A stretch of DNA of 64,000 bases from Scyliorhinus canicula (GCF_902713615.1 NC_052154.1:91829030-91893029), one strand, 5' to 3'; positions 36,896 through 50,351 are shown, numbered from the stretch's first letter. Numbers and translations are program-made. Notes: generated by a model not told the origin, from the letters alone.

Positions 36896-37268
36896 GGGGC
36901 AGCAGGGTAGCATGGGGCAGCAGGGTAGCATGGTGGTTAGCATAAATGCTTCACAGCTCCAGAGTCCCAGGTTCGATTCATGGCTGGGTCACTGTCTGTG
37001 TGGAGTCTGCACGTCCTCCCCCTGTGTGCGTGGGTTTCCTCCGGGTGCTCCGGTTTCCTCCCACAGTCTAAAGATGTGCGGGTTAGGTGGATTGGCCATG
37101 CTAAATTGTCCGTAGTGTCCTAATAAAAGTAAGGTTAAGGGGGGGGGGTTGTTGGGTTATGGGTATAGGGTGGATACGTGGGTTTGAGTAGGGTGATCAT
37201 GGCTCGGCATAACATTGAGGGCTGAAGGGCCTGTTCTGTGCTGTACTGTTCTATGTTCTATGTTCTAT
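36896..37268 (+). mobile_element. HE1-type V-SINE with a duplicated 5' head
   Basis: ggggcagcagggtagcat occurs twice at the start; core and (ttctatg)n tail. Confidence 0.9.
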
Positions 37269-38988
37269 GTATGTTCTCACTCTTACTGATCACTTGGCGA
37301 CCCATTATTGTTGGTATATAACGTCTGTATTCTACTATGAACAATGACACGAAATATATGCTCACAGTTCCTACCATTACGTTGTTCTACATGACACACT
37401 GCACCCACCTCCAAACAAGGAACGTTTCCTTGAGCTATTCTTCATTTTATAATAAAACTTACTGAAACTCTTGCAAACTTTTTTTTCAAATTTATGCTTA
37501 GTTTATAATCTACTCGGCCGACCTTGGGTGGTTTCTAAAATAGAGTCAATCACCAGGCTTACTTGTAGGTCAAACTCGATCAAGGAGGCATGTGGCCGTC
37601 ACTAAAACATAGTCGAAAATCAAATTAATTTAAGAATAATTTCGGCAGTTCCATAGTTGCCATTACTGAAAACGAATTTGTGTTCCAGATCTGATTACTT
37701 CGTTGAATTTGAATTCCGGAATCCCTGCTTAATTTAGTGATTTGAACATATTGCGGAGAACTTTTCATTTGTTATATCATTAAGATGAGGAAGAGATTGT
37801 ATATTAGAATCAAAGAATCGAAAAAAAACAGGAAAGGAGAGTTTTCTGCAGGTCTCCGAAAAGTTCCAGAGATGTAGAGGAAAGGATTGCAAAGATGCTT
37901 CTGGATAGGAGCGAAAGTAACAGTGTAGTTGTTATGTGGGACTTTAACTTTCCAAATACTGACTGGGAACGCTATAGATCGAGTACTTTAGATGGGTCCG
38001 TTTTTGTCCAATGTGTGCAGGAGGGTTTCCTGACATAGTATGTAGATAGCCAACAAGAGGCGAGGCCACATTGGATTTGGTACTGTGTAATGAACAAGGA
38101 CATGTGCTAGATTTGGAGGTATGTGAGCACATTGGTGATAGTGGCTACAATTCAGTTACGTTTACTTTAGCGATAGAAAGGGACAGGTATATACCCGCAG
38201 GGCAAGAGTTATAGCTGGGCGAAAGGCAATTATGATGCAATGAGGCAAGACATCAGATGCATTGGCTGCGGATGGAAACTGCAGGGGTTGGGCACAAGTG
38301 AAATGTGGAGCTCGTTCAAGGAATAGCTACTGCGTGTCCTTGATCAGTATGTACCTTGTCAGGCACAGAGGAAGTGGCCGAGCGAGGAACCGTGGTTTAC
38401 TAAAGTAGTTGAGTCACTTGTCAAGAGGAAGAAGGAGGCTTATGTAAAGATGAGACGTGAAGTTTCAGTTAGTGCGCTCGAGAGTTACAAATTAGCTAGG
38501 AAGGACCTAAAGAGAGAGCAAAGGAGAGCCAGGAAGGGACATGAGACATATCTGGCAGGTAGGATCAAGGATAACCCTAAAGCTTTCTATACGTATGTCA
38601 GGAATAAAAGACTGACTAGGGTAAGAGTAGGGCCAGTCAAGGACAGTAGTGGGAAGTTGTGCATGGAGTCTGAGGAGATAGGAGAGGTGATAAATAAATA
38701 TTTTTCGTCAGTCTTCACGCAGGAAGAAAACAATATTGTCGATGAGAATACTGAGTTATAGGCTACTAGACTAGAAGGGCTTGAGGTTCAGAAGGAGGAG
38801 GTGTTAGCAAATCTGGAAAGTGTGAAAATAGACCAGTCCCCTGGGCCGGATGGGATTTATCCTAGGATTCTCTGGGAATTCTCTGAGGAGATTGCTGAGC
38901 TTTTTTCTTTGATCTTTATGTCGTCATTTTCTACAGGAATACTGCCAGAAGACTGGAGGATAGCAAATGTTGTCCCCTTGTTCAAGAA

Positions 38989-39158
38989 ATGAAAATTAAA
39001 ATAGCTTATTGTCACGAGTAGGCTTTAATGAAGTTACTGTGAAAAACCCAAAGTCGCCACATTCCGGAGGCTGTTCGGGGAGGCTGGCACGGGAATTGTA
39101 CCATGCTGCTGGCCTGCCTTGGTCTGCTTTAAAAGCCAGCGATTTATCCCAGTGTGCT
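38989..39158 (-). mobile_element. SINE family B nested in CR1
   Basis: Splits PLFKK/KGSRDNPG; target duplication aagaa (38984-38988, 39159-39163). Confidence 0.9.
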
Positions 39159-39520
39159 AAGAAGGGGAGTAGAGACAACCCCGGTAACTATAGACCAGTG
39201 AGCCTTACTTCTGTTGTGGGCAAGGTCTTGGAAAGCTTTATAAGAGATACGATGTATAATCATCTCGACAGGAATAATTTGATTAGGGATAGTCAACACA
39301 CGGTTTTATGAAGGGTAGGTCGTGCCTCCCAAACTTTATTGAGTTCTTTGAGAAGGTGACCAAACAGGTGGACGAGAGTAAAGAAGTTGATGTGGTGTAC
39401 ATGTGTTTCAATAAAGCGTTTGATAAGGTTCCCCACGGTATGCTATTGCAGACAATACAGAGGCATGGGATTCAGGGTGATTTAGAAGTTTGGATCAGAA
39501 ATTGGCTCGCTGTAAGAAGA

Positions 39521-39790
39521 CATAAGAACATAAGAACATAAGAACTAGGAGCACGAGTAGGCCATCTGGCCCCTCGAGCCTGCTCCGCCATTCAATTAGA
39601 TCATGGCTGATCTTTTGTGGACTCAGCTCCACTTTCCGGCCCGAACACCATAACCCTTAATCCCCTTTTTCTTCAAAAAACTATCTATCTTTACCTTAAA
39701 AACGAGTGATGAAGGAGCCTCAACTGCTTCACTGGGCAAGGAATTCCATAGATTCACAACCCTTTGGGTGAAGAAGTTCCTCCTAATCTC
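39521..39790 (-). mobile_element. 3' tail of another CR1 subfamily nested in CR1
   Basis: (acataaga)n...gagtaggccatctggcccctcgagcctgctccgcc, as at 4491 and 62870. Confidence 0.85.
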
Positions 39791-40999
39791 AAAGACAGAG
39801 GGCGATGGTTCATGGGAAATGTTCAGCCTGGAGTTCGGTTACTCGGGCTGTACCATAAGGATCTGTTTTGGGGCCACTGCTGTTTGTAATTTTTATAAAT
39901 GACCTGGAAGAAGGCGTAGAAGGATGGGTGAGTAAATTTGCAGAAGACACTAAAGTCGGTGGAGTTGTGGACAGTGCGAAGGATGTTGCAGGTTACAGAG
40001 GGACATAGATAAGCTGCAGAGCTGGGCTGAGAGGTGGAAAATGGAGTTTAATGCAGAAAAGTGTGAGGTGATTCATTTTGGAAGGAGTAATAGGAAGACA
40101 GAGTACTGGGCTAATGGTATGATTCTTGGTAGTGTGGATGAGCAGAGAGATCTCGGTGTCCATGTACATAGATCCCTGAAAGTTGCCACTCAGGTTGATA
40201 GGCTTGTTAAGAAGGTGTACGTTGTGTTAGCTTTTATTGGTAGAAGGATTGCGTTTCGGAGCCATGAGGTCATGTTGCAGCTGTACAAACCTCTGGTGCG
40301 GCCGCATTTGGAGTATTACATGCAGTTCTTGTCACCGCATAATTGGAAGGATATGGAAGCATTGGAAAGGGTGCAGAGGAGATTTACCGGGATGTTGCCT
40401 GGAATGGAGTGAATATCTTCTGAGGAAAGGTTGAGTGACTTACGGCTGTTTTCGTTGGAGAGAAGCAGGTTAAGAGGTGACTTAATTGAGGCATACAAAA
40501 TGATCAGAGGATTAGATAGGGTGGACAGTGAGAGCCTTTTTCCTCGGATGGTGATGGCTGGCACGAGGGGACATAGCTTTAAATTGAGGGGAGATAGATA
40601 TAGGACAGATGTCAGAGGTGCGTTCTTTACTCAGAGAGTACTAAGGGTGTCGAATGCCCTGTCTGCAACAGTAGTGGACTCGCCAACATTAAGGGCATTT
40701 AAATGGTCATTGGATAAACATATGGATGATAAGGGAATAGTGTAGGTGGGCTTTAGAGTGGCTTCATAGGTCGTCGCAACATCGAGGGCCGAAGGGCATG
40801 TACTGCGCTGTAATGTTCTATGTTCCATGTTCTCCCAATAATGGTTTTATGCCACTTCGTCACGAACATAAGTCGCACAGTAATTACATTCTCGAATCAC
40901 TGTGTTTATGTGCCGTTAAAACATTGTGGAGGTATTTTCATTCTCAATGTCTTCACTTTGAATTGAAGTCCCTAGGGTGGCACACAAAATGCGTTCTCC

Positions 41000-42660
41000 T
41001 CTGCCTATCCAGTCAGCAGTAATTGCCAAAATCTTTTTGCAAGTCTATGTCGATGATGAATTGAGACCGTCCAACATTTTGGGTGCAGTTTTTCTGGCAT
41101 AGTATGTCAAACCAATCCCTCTGGGCTATTGCATTCAGGGCCTGAAGTCCATGCACAGTCTTTGGGTTCCATCTGGCTTACGCACCATGATGGCAGGGGA
41201 GCTCCAATCACTCGAATTAAATAAAATACTGTCAGTCTTGAGCCTATACCCAAATTTCTTATGTACGTACGGTAAGTTAGCTGGGCTCAACTGATCTGGT
41301 TGTTGTTGATTTGGACTGTGTCCGACACATCCAGAGCATTCATTCCTATTCTACTACGATTATTCCCACAAATGGATTTGTAACACCACAGTGTCTGTCA
41401 TTTCGCTCCTGCTCTTATCTGAGAGATTATTTAACCACTGGTTTAAATGGACCGGTGCTTCCTCGTTGTCCTCATTAATTACAGGTAAGGCACTGTCTGA
41501 ATTCGACCCCACAAATTCCTCGTGCTTCATTACGAACAAGACCACCTACTTGTTCTCATCTCCTCTGACCCAATACTTCTTTAAAATGTTTATATAGCAC
41601 ACTCTGTGTGATTTGCGTGTATCTGGGGTGTGTACCTGATAGTTTTCCTCTCTCAGTTTCCTTTCAATGGAACATGACCCAGTGAATCTAGCTTTCTGGA
41701 GTTTTCCAGATAATACTCGTATCGTGGGTCTGAAAGTTCGTACCGGCCCGGCTTTGAATCCATGCTGGATTGTATTTAAATATGTTACTTTTGAGTCACT
41801 CTGCTTCAATTCTATCAATTGATTTGAAGTGAATGCAATTGTCTCGTACTATCTCATTCTCATTTAGCTTGCTAAAAATGGTACCATATAACATGATCTC
41901 ACTGGCTTCAAACTGGGCTGCAACACCTCCACCATCGGTCTTTGCTGATGAGCCCCTGACTTAATTACAATGCAATTGGGAAATGCCCTTGTGGATTCTG
42001 TTTCTCCTTCAGTGGAATTTCTATTGGCTGTTCTCCTACAATCTGCGATCCTGCGATATAATACCCTGGAATGAACTGAATGCCTGCAATGGGATTGGTT
42101 TCTACTCTCATCAATAGCTCTGTCTTCAAGCTTCTCGGAAAGGTTATTTGAACGAAAGTATTTTTTTGCCTTTCTGCTGGAACGCTGCTGACTGGAAACA
42201 TTTTATTTTATATAACTTCTGGACAACAAATAACTTGATGCCACAACATTCTAGATTGACTCGCGCCTGTATCTATAAAATGTTCATATCATTTCCCCTT
42301 TTATCCTAACCATATGGAAGTATTTTACCTTGTCACAATAATGTTTTGAACACGTCCCGCACCTACTGTACACTCTTCCCTTGTCCAAGTTGTGCACATG
42401 TTCCTTCTTTCATCTGTTCCTTCAACCTGTGTACAAATTATATTTGCTTCCCTTTTTATCAAGTCTTTGTTTTCATAATTGCCATTTTAGGATTTGTAAC
42501 CCCGACCGACCGGCCTTTTAATCTCAAGCATGATGATTTTCGATGGCCCATGTTTTTACTGAGAAAATATTTGGGCCCCAATTCTCCTTTTCGGAGACCA
42601 GCTGTTGAAGGTAGTGTAGGATAAGTGGACTTCTACGACAGCATACCTGTACCAAGTCAG
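41000..42660 (-). mobile_element. Gypsy/Ty3 LTR retrotransposon internal remnant, Gmr1-like domain order (integrase before RT)
   Basis: Integrase C-terminus KARFTGSCSIERKLREENYQVHTPDTRKSHRVCYINILKKY (41546-41818) lies upstream, on the minus strand, of RT N-terminus DWSSPAIMVRKPDGTQRLCMDFR (~41143-41211). Confidence 0.75.
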
Positions 42661-42822
42661 CGACCAATTAAGGGTCTAGCGCCGGCGCCACGTGGAACAT
42701 GATCGATTCCAATGAGAAATTATGCCGGATTCGCCCGGTTAGGGATTGACACTCAGTAGGCTGACAAGCTGAAGCTGCATATACACACTCCCCTCTCTGT
42801 GCACACTCATCCCAGCCATCGT

Positions 42823-43159
42823 GGGCAGAAAGGTAGCACAGTGGGGTTAGCACAGTTGTTTCACAGCTCCAGGGTCCCAGGTTCGATTCCTGGCTTGGGT
42901 CACTGTCTGTGCGGTGTCTGCATGTTCTCCCCGTGTGTGCGTGGGTTTCCTTTGGTGCTCCGGTTTGCTCCCACAGTCCAAAGATGTGCAGATTAGGTGG
43001 ATTGGCTATGCTAAATTGCCCTCAGTGCCAAAAAGTTTCGGTGGGGTTGCTGGGTTACTGGGCCAGGTTGGAAATGTGGGCTTAAGTGGCGTGCTATTTC
43101 CAAGAGCTGGTGCAGATCGATGGGACGAATGCTCCCCTTCTGCACTCTAAATTTTATGA
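42823..43159 (+). mobile_element. HE1-type V-SINE
   Basis: Full head, core and tail. Confidence 0.9.
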
Positions 43160-43165
43160 AACAAG

Positions 43166-43900
43166 ATGACAGCAAAGAAAGTGGCGCCCCGTTACACTGA
43201 CGCTGAACTAGAGACCCTGCTGAATGCCGTGGAAGATAGCTGGATGAACCTTTATCCAGTGGTGTGAAGGAGGCTGCCAGCTGCCACCGTTCGCCATGCT
43301 TGTATGCAGTGGCAGAGGTCCTGAGCGTCATGGGCAACACCACTGAGACTGACCAGCAGTGATGTAAGGAACTGCTTGACCACCACATCAGGACTGATCT
43401 GGCACCATCCCCTGTCCCAGACATCTGTAACTCCATCCCCCCACCCTCACCATGAGGATGCCGGAACCCCCACCTTGTACATGCTGTCACCCATACCGGC
43501 CAGCATGGCTGGGTGCGCTGGCCACTGAAGCCGCCAGCTACCCAGCCCCTGGGCTGCGTCTGTTGGACTGTCTAGCACTGTGCACTTTGTGTTTCCCTGC
43601 CCCCCAGGAGAAGGCCTCTCATAATCGTCCTGAGGGGGAGAAAAGTGGAGCGGGACCACCGGTCCTGCGGCCCCTGACTGCAGTGGGACAGAGGGTACTG
43701 GACGTTGTTGATCGTCTCTAAATCTTGCGGGCAAATGTTTAGGCCATGGCTGAAGATGCCAAGGCCTGGAGCAATCTGTGCAGGTGGTGGCCGAGGCCCA
43801 GAGCGGGGCTGACCCGTCATTGCCAGCCATGTACCAGAGCCATCTCGACATTGCAGCGGCATTGCGGAGCGTAGCCCAGTCACAGATGGTCATAACTGAG
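43166..43900 (+). mobile_element. PIF/Harbinger Myb/SANT-like ORF remnant
   Basis: MTAKKVAPRYTDAELETLLNAVEDSWMNLYP...AEVLSVMGNTTETDQQ*CKELLD. Confidence 0.75.
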
Positions 43901-44064
43901 AGTGTGGGCGGCGATATTGCAAAGTAAATTCTAAATCGACAGACACAAACCAACACTATAGTACACTGAATTCAATTCCACTGATAACATTGTTGCTGAC
44001 ATATTTAACATTTTCTGCATAGCGAGTTATGGGGAACACAGATACAGATTTGAGACGAGACAGC

Positions 44065-44254
44065 CTCAGTTATGACCATCTGTGACTGGGCTACGCTCCG
44101 CAATGCCGCTGCAATGTCGAGATGGCTCTGGTACATGGCTGGCAATGACGGGTCAGCCTCGCTCTGGGCCTCGGCCACCACCTGCACAGATTGCTCCAGG
44201 CCTTGGCATCTTCAGCCATGGCCTAAACATTTGCCCGCACGATTTAGAGACGAT
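44065..44254 (-). repeat. inverted copy of 43711-43900
   Basis: 190 nt, about 2 mismatches, 164-nt unrelated spacer. Confidence 0.95.
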
Positions 44255-45194
44255 GCATGCCGTTGGTGCATGCCGTTGATGTGACTTTTTTCAGTCGGGA
44301 ACGATGGCGTATAGTGTATTGTCGGACAAGCATAACTTTAATCCCATGTCGCTCTGCCACTGTCTCTCAGGAAGCTGAGGCGAGGAAGGATCTATGTAAA
44401 AATTCTTCCTGATGCCCCCTCTATTTCTCTGCTGATTAAGATAATGGGTGAAAGGGGGAATTTCGAACATCATTTACAACGGCGCCCCAACGCCTCTCAG
44501 ATCATCCTTTTTCAGAGGAATGAGATTCAAAAGATCGAAGCAGAATGGTGCAGCAAGAATAATACTTTGCTCAGAAGTTGCCAGTTATCATGAAGGCCAA
44601 TTAAACAAAGATTAACTTTCAGTAATATAACATCGAATGGTCCTAACATCTGACAATGCTGCAGCCATAAAGCCCTTGAATGTACTTGGTCCAGAATGTC
44701 TGATTTGTGGGAATACGTCAATATTCTCTGATCGGTGACTGTCCAAAAATTGCAACGCTGGTTGAGCGTTAACCGTTAACCGCCGTTAACCGTTATTGTT
44801 GGAGGAACTATTTGAAATGTCGAGAGCAAACTACTCTACTTTCATAGTGACAGGGCAACCGGTGCGTCGAGTACATAAAGGTACTCCTGATTATTAATAA
44901 ATATGTGCAATAAATTTCCTGCCATAATCTCTAGGTAATTATTTACATCATTACGCCTGAGTTGCTTCAGCAGAGGTTACAATAATAAGTGGAACATCCT
45001 TGCGAATTAATAAGTTTAGCAGCACTCGGGAATGATGATGATTCAATATTCAGTGTACAGTCAATGGCCCGATTACTTCATATCGCAAAGCGCACCGACT
45101 GAAACGCTACATGAAAACGGACATCCTCGCGTCATTTAGCTGTTCTTAATGATTCACTTTGATAAAACTAAACATTTCGATTCAGCTACCCAAG

Positions 45195-45246
45195 ATGTTC
45201 AGAACCATGATTCACTGCATGACAATTTCCTCATTCAGTTGCAAAG
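45195..45246 (+). pseudogene. IgSF gene B leader exon
   Basis: MFRTMIHCMTISSFSCK-G, donor aag|gtacgt, phase 1, 192-nt intron to the V exon. Confidence 0.6.
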
Positions 45247-45438
45247 GTACGTTGATTCTGCAGCCATCGGTTGAACACGGTTCATTTCGTTCCTTGATGA
45301 AATGTTCATTTTCAGCATTTGTCTGTCCAGTTATTTCTCAGTATATACTTTGAAACTATTTTCTAGTTTTTTCAGCTAAGCTGAGTATTTCGATGTTTCT
45401 TTCTTTAATGTTGAGTTTAATACTTTTTATTTCGATAG

Positions 45439-45746
45439 GCGCTCGCAACTCTCCATTCGCTGTAACACAAGATGCGGAGTCCGCAGTGACGAGAGGCGAC
45501 TCAGTTACCTTTTATTGCATATATCCCATCTTTTTAGACAAGAAGCCAGTGAAAGTGCATTTGTGGAGACAAGAAAGGGAAAGATTCTTGAAGGAAAGTT
45601 TTGACAGCAGAATCCGGCTTTATTTCCTCAATCAAGTGGGAGCGGTCTTACAATTGATAGACGTGAGATGTGGGGACGCTGGGATTACTGAAAAATGACA
45701 CACACAGTGGTCGTAAACGGCACCGGCACTAAACTGGTTGTATATG
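45439..45746 (+). pseudogene. IgSF gene B single-exon VJ domain; frameshift and Cys-to-stop at the F strand
   Basis: tttcgatag|GARNSPFAVTQDAESAVTRGDSVTFYCIYP...HLWRQ...AVLQLIDVRCGDAG / Y*KMTHTVVVNGTGTKLVVY|gtgact; J-like GTGTKLVV. Confidence 0.85.
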
Positions 45747-45884
45747 GTGACTGTCAGTGAAAGGGATAGTCAGACCACTTTTGTTTGAGTGATGCGCACT
45801 TTGTGTAAATTTAAAGCTTTATTTGTTCTGATAAGTTAGTAAAGCAAATTTATTTTTTTCATTCATCGTTGTGAGCGTTAATGT

Positions 45885-48745
45885 CAAGTGAAGTGCTCAT
45901 TGCCTACACTTAGCTGCGGTGTTGGGAACCTGAATTGTAGCTCCAGTACACAAGGCGCTGAGAGTAGTGAGGTCATGAGTAAAGTTTCAAAGTTGCAGGA
46001 GTGTACCGGCAGGAAGGAAGGTGGTTTAAAGTGCCTCTACTTCAATGCCAAGAGCATCCGGAATAAGGTAGGTGAGCTTCCGGCATAGGATAGAACCTGG
46101 GACTTCGATGTTGTGACAAATTCGGAGTATTACGGTGGCTGAGAGGACATTTGATGAGGACTCGAATACTGAGGTAATATAGGCTGAGTTAAGAAACAGG
46201 AAAGGTAAGGTCAGCCTGTTAGGGCTTTTCTATAGGCCTCCGAAAAGTTCCAGAGATGTAGAGGAAAGGATTGCAAAGATGATTCTGGATAGTAGCGAAA
46301 GTAACAAGGTAGTTGTTATGGGGGACTATAACTTTCCAAATATTGGCTTGACACGCTATAGTTCGAGTACTTTAGATGGGTCCGTTTTTGTCCAATGTGG
46401 GTTTCCTGACACAGTATGTAGATAGGCCAACGAGAGGCGAAGCCATATTTGAATTGGTACTGTGTAATGAACCAGGACAGATGTTAGATTTGGAGGTAGG
46501 TGAGCACTTTGGTGATCGTGACCACAATCCAATTATGTTTACTTTAGCGATGGAAAGGAATAGGTATACACCACAGGGCAAGAGTTATAGCTGGGCGAAA
46601 GGCAATTATGATGCGATGAGGCAAGACTTAGGATGCATCGGCTGGAGAGGAAAACTGCAGGGGATGGGCACAATGGAAATGTGGAGCATGTTCAAGGAAC
46701 AGCTACTGCGTGTCCTTGATAAGTATGTACCTGTTAGGCAGGGAGGAAGTGGTCGAGCGAGGGAACCATGGGTTACTAAAGCAGTTGAAAGACTTGTCAA
46801 GAGGAAGAAGGAGACTTATGTAAAGATGAGACGTGATGGTTCAGTTAGGGCGCTTGAGAGTGACAAGTTAGCTCGGAAGGCTCTAAAGAGAGAGCGAAGA
46901 AGAGCCACGCGAGGACATGAGAAGTCTTTGGCAGATAGGATAAAGGATAACCCTAAAGCTGTCTATAGATATGTAATGAATAAAAGAATGACTAAGGTAA
47001 GAGTAGTGCCAGTCAAGGAAGGTAGTGTGAAGTTGTGCGTGGAATCTGAGGAGATAGGCGCGGTGCTAAATGAGTATTCTTCGTCTGTATTCACACAGGA
47101 AAAAGACAAAGTTGTCGAGGAGAATACTGAGATACAGGCTACTAGACTAGAACGGCTTGAGGTTCATAAGGAGGAGGTGTTAACGGTTCTGGAAAGTGTG
47201 AAAATAGGTAAGTCCCCTGCGCCTGATGGGATTTATCGTAGGATTCTCTGGGATGCTAGGGAGGAGATTGCTGAGCCTTCGGCTTTGATATTTTAGTCAT
47301 CTTTATCTACAGGAATAGTTCTAGAAGACTGGAGGATAGCAAATGTTGTCCCCTTGTTCAAGAAGGGTAGTAGAGATAACCCTGGTAACTATAGACCACT
47401 GAGCCTTACTTCTGTTGTGGGAAAAGTCTTGGAAAAGTTTATAAGAGATAGGATGTATAATCATCTGGAAAGGAATAATTTGATTAGAGATAGTCAACAT
47501 GGTTTTATGAAGGGTTGGTCGTGCCTCACAAATCTCATTGAGTTCTTCGAGAAGGTGACCAAAAAGGTGGATGAGGGTAAAGCAGTTGATGTGGTGCATA
47601 TGGATTTCAGTAAAGCTTTTGATAAGGTTCCCCACGGTAGGCTATTGCAGAAAATACAGAGGCATGGGATTCAGGGTGATTTAGCAGTTTGGATCATAAA
47701 TTAGCTAGCTGATAGAATACAAAGGGTGGTGGTTGATGAGAAATGTTCTGACTGGTGTCCAGTGACTAGTGGTGTACCACAAGGATCTGTGTTGGGGCCG
47801 CAGGTGTTTGTCATTTTTATAAATGACCTGGAGGAGGGCGTAGAAGGATGGGTGAGTAAATTAGCAGATGACAGTAACATCGGCGGAGTTGTGGACAGTG
47901 CAGAAGGATGTTACAAGTTACAGAGGGACATAGATAAGCTGCAGAGCTGGGCTGACAGGTGCAAAATGGAGTTTAATGCAGAAAAGTGTGAGGTGATTCA
48001 TTTTGGAAGGAATAACAGTAAGACAGAGTACTGGGCTAATGGTAAGATTCTTGGTAGTGTGGACGAGCAGAGAAATCTCGGTGTCCATGTCCATAGGTCC
48101 CTGAAAGTGGCCACCCAGGTTGAGAGGTTTGTTAAGAAGGTGTACGGTGTGTTAGCTTTTATTGGTAGAGGAATTGAGTTTCGGAGCCTTGAGGTCATGT
48201 TGCAGTTGTACAAAACTCTGGTGCGGCTGCATTTGGAGTATTGCATGCAGTTCTGGTCGCCACATTATAGGAAGGATGTGGAAGCATTGGAAAGGGTACA
48301 GAGGAGGTTTACAAGGATGTTGCCTAGTATGGAGGGAAGATCTTATGAGGAAAGGCTGAAGGACTTGAGGCTGTTTTCGTTAGAGATGAGAAGGTTAAGA
48401 GGTGACTTAATTGAGGCATACAAGATGATCAGAGGATTAGATAGGGTGGACAGTGAGAGCCTTTTTCCTCGGATCATGATGTCCAGCACGAGGGGACATA
48501 GCTTTAAATTGAGGGGAGATAGATATAGGACAGATGTCAGAGGTAAGTTCTTTACTCAGAGAGTAGTAAGGGCGTGGAATGCCCTGCCTGCAACAGTAGT
48601 GGACTCGCCAACACTAAATGGTCATTAGATAGGCATATGGACTATAAAGGAATAGTGTAGAGGGAATTTAGAGGGGTTTCTCAGGACGGCGCAACATCGA
48701 GGGCCGAATGGCCTGTCCTGCGCTGTAATATTCTATGTTCTATGT
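45885..48745 (+). mobile_element. CR1 LINE, nearly complete ORF2, in the V-C1 intron of gene B
   Basis: LKCLYFNAKSIRNK endonuclease start, 306-aa and 300-aa ORF pieces with RT motifs, tail ctgtaatattctatgttct. Confidence 0.95.
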
Positions 48746-49415
48746 GTTTTCATGAAACACCTGTATCCGTCCAGTGAAGGTAATATCACTCTTTGTTAGA
48801 TTTGAATCTAGCACATCAAATAAATTGCGATATTTTTCCAGATTGGATGAGATAGGAATTGGATCATCAAATGAGGCGGACGTTTGCAGGTGGTAGAGAT
48901 CTCGGCGTTGGAAGCTGCAGTTGTTGCTGTGTACTTTCGTTGAATCGGAACTCGCAACGTTCGCATTGTTGGGGGCCACACTCGTCATTTCAATTAGTGG
49001 ATGGTGTACCGAAAATGAAATGTATGCTGTCCTGGTTGATTGATAGTTTAATGCTGCCAGTCCATGGTTAAGCAAATTGAGATAATTCTCTCACAAGTGC
49101 AGTGTAAGTAACATCGGCAATTGAAAGTGTTGGAGGAGAGTCACGCGCCGCAATATTTACTTCGGAGCTATTTTTCACCCAGTATGTTAAATTGTTACTG
49201 AAGCTATATTCCTACATTGGAGCACCAGCATGTTGATTGCAATTACATTGAATCCTATATTCAAGCGATACTTACCAGAGACAATATCTATGACTTGTTT
49301 TGCATGGACTTTGCTTCGCATTTATCGGGGCATTTATCAGGGCAAACGAATTGCGAATGGAATTTAAATAAAGCAAACATTGTCATTTCCATGGAAGAGT
49401 GCATTAATGAACTAA

Positions 49416-49759
49416 GGGCAGTACGGTAGCACAGGGGTTAGCACTGTTGTTTCACAGCGCCAGAGACACGAGTTCGATTCCCGCTTGGGTCACTATCTCT
49501 GCAGAGTCTGTACGTTCTACTCGTGTTTGCGTGGGTTTCCTCCGGTTGCTCCGGTTTTCTCCCACAGTCCAAAGATGTGCAATTAGGTAAATTGGACATG
49601 ATAAATTACCCTTAGTGCCCAGAAAGTTTTGATGGAGTTATTGGGTAAGGGGGATAGGGTCGAGGCGTGGGCTTAATTAGGGTGCTCCTTTCAAGAGCCG
49701 ATGCAGACTCGATGGGCCCAATGGCCTCCTTCTGTACTGTAAATGCTATGATTCTATGA
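49416..49759 (+). mobile_element. HE1-type V-SINE
   Basis: Head, core and tail. Confidence 0.85.
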
Positions 49760-50350
49760 ATGAAGAAACCGAAGGCATGACACTGTGCAGTGGAAATTTA
49801 CAGAGTTGTGCTAGGGCTGAGGTGTTTGACCTCCATTGCTTATGTATTAATTTAGCCAGGATATTGTTTTTTTGCTCACCATGAATGATTCAGTTCAACA
49901 GGCATGCTTAACCTCAATATTTCTTAAAACAAATTCGAACTAAGTTATTCGATAGCTAGCTCTTTTGCGTATTTCACCTATTATTCAGATCTTCAAGGAG
50001 TAGAATTAAAAATATATAATATATGGAAAGTCAAAAATGGTCAACAAATCTTCCCCAAAATAACCGAAACCCCATCACATTACTTTGACGTTGTAATTAT
50101 CATGTATAAATTGTCATGTATTATTGGGTTAGAGGGAAAACAATCAAATAACGAAAACACTCGGAAATATTGACTACTCAAATAAATTTGACCTTCATCG
50201 TCGTTTGCTTTGTTCAAAACGATGATGTACTACGTGTTAAAATGGGTATAATATGCATTTGTATTTGCAACCAGTGTTAATTTGCAATTCATGCCACTTC
50301 TAATACTTACTCGTTCCGACATTTCACCTTTATCGTAGAATTAGATGTAT

Positions 50351-50351
50351 C

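Larger units (their letters stand above)
37810..40830 (+). mobile_element. CR1 LINE (endonuclease end to tail) with nested insertions
   Basis: VVVMWDFNFPNTDW, SPGPDGIYPRILWE, NYRPVSLT, MEFNAEKC; tail ctgtaatgttctatg. Confidence 0.95.

Noticed and set aside
48740-49075. 111-aa minus-strand ORF containing YRNL
   Set aside because: No AG acceptor, antisense within the gene B intron, no recognisable family.
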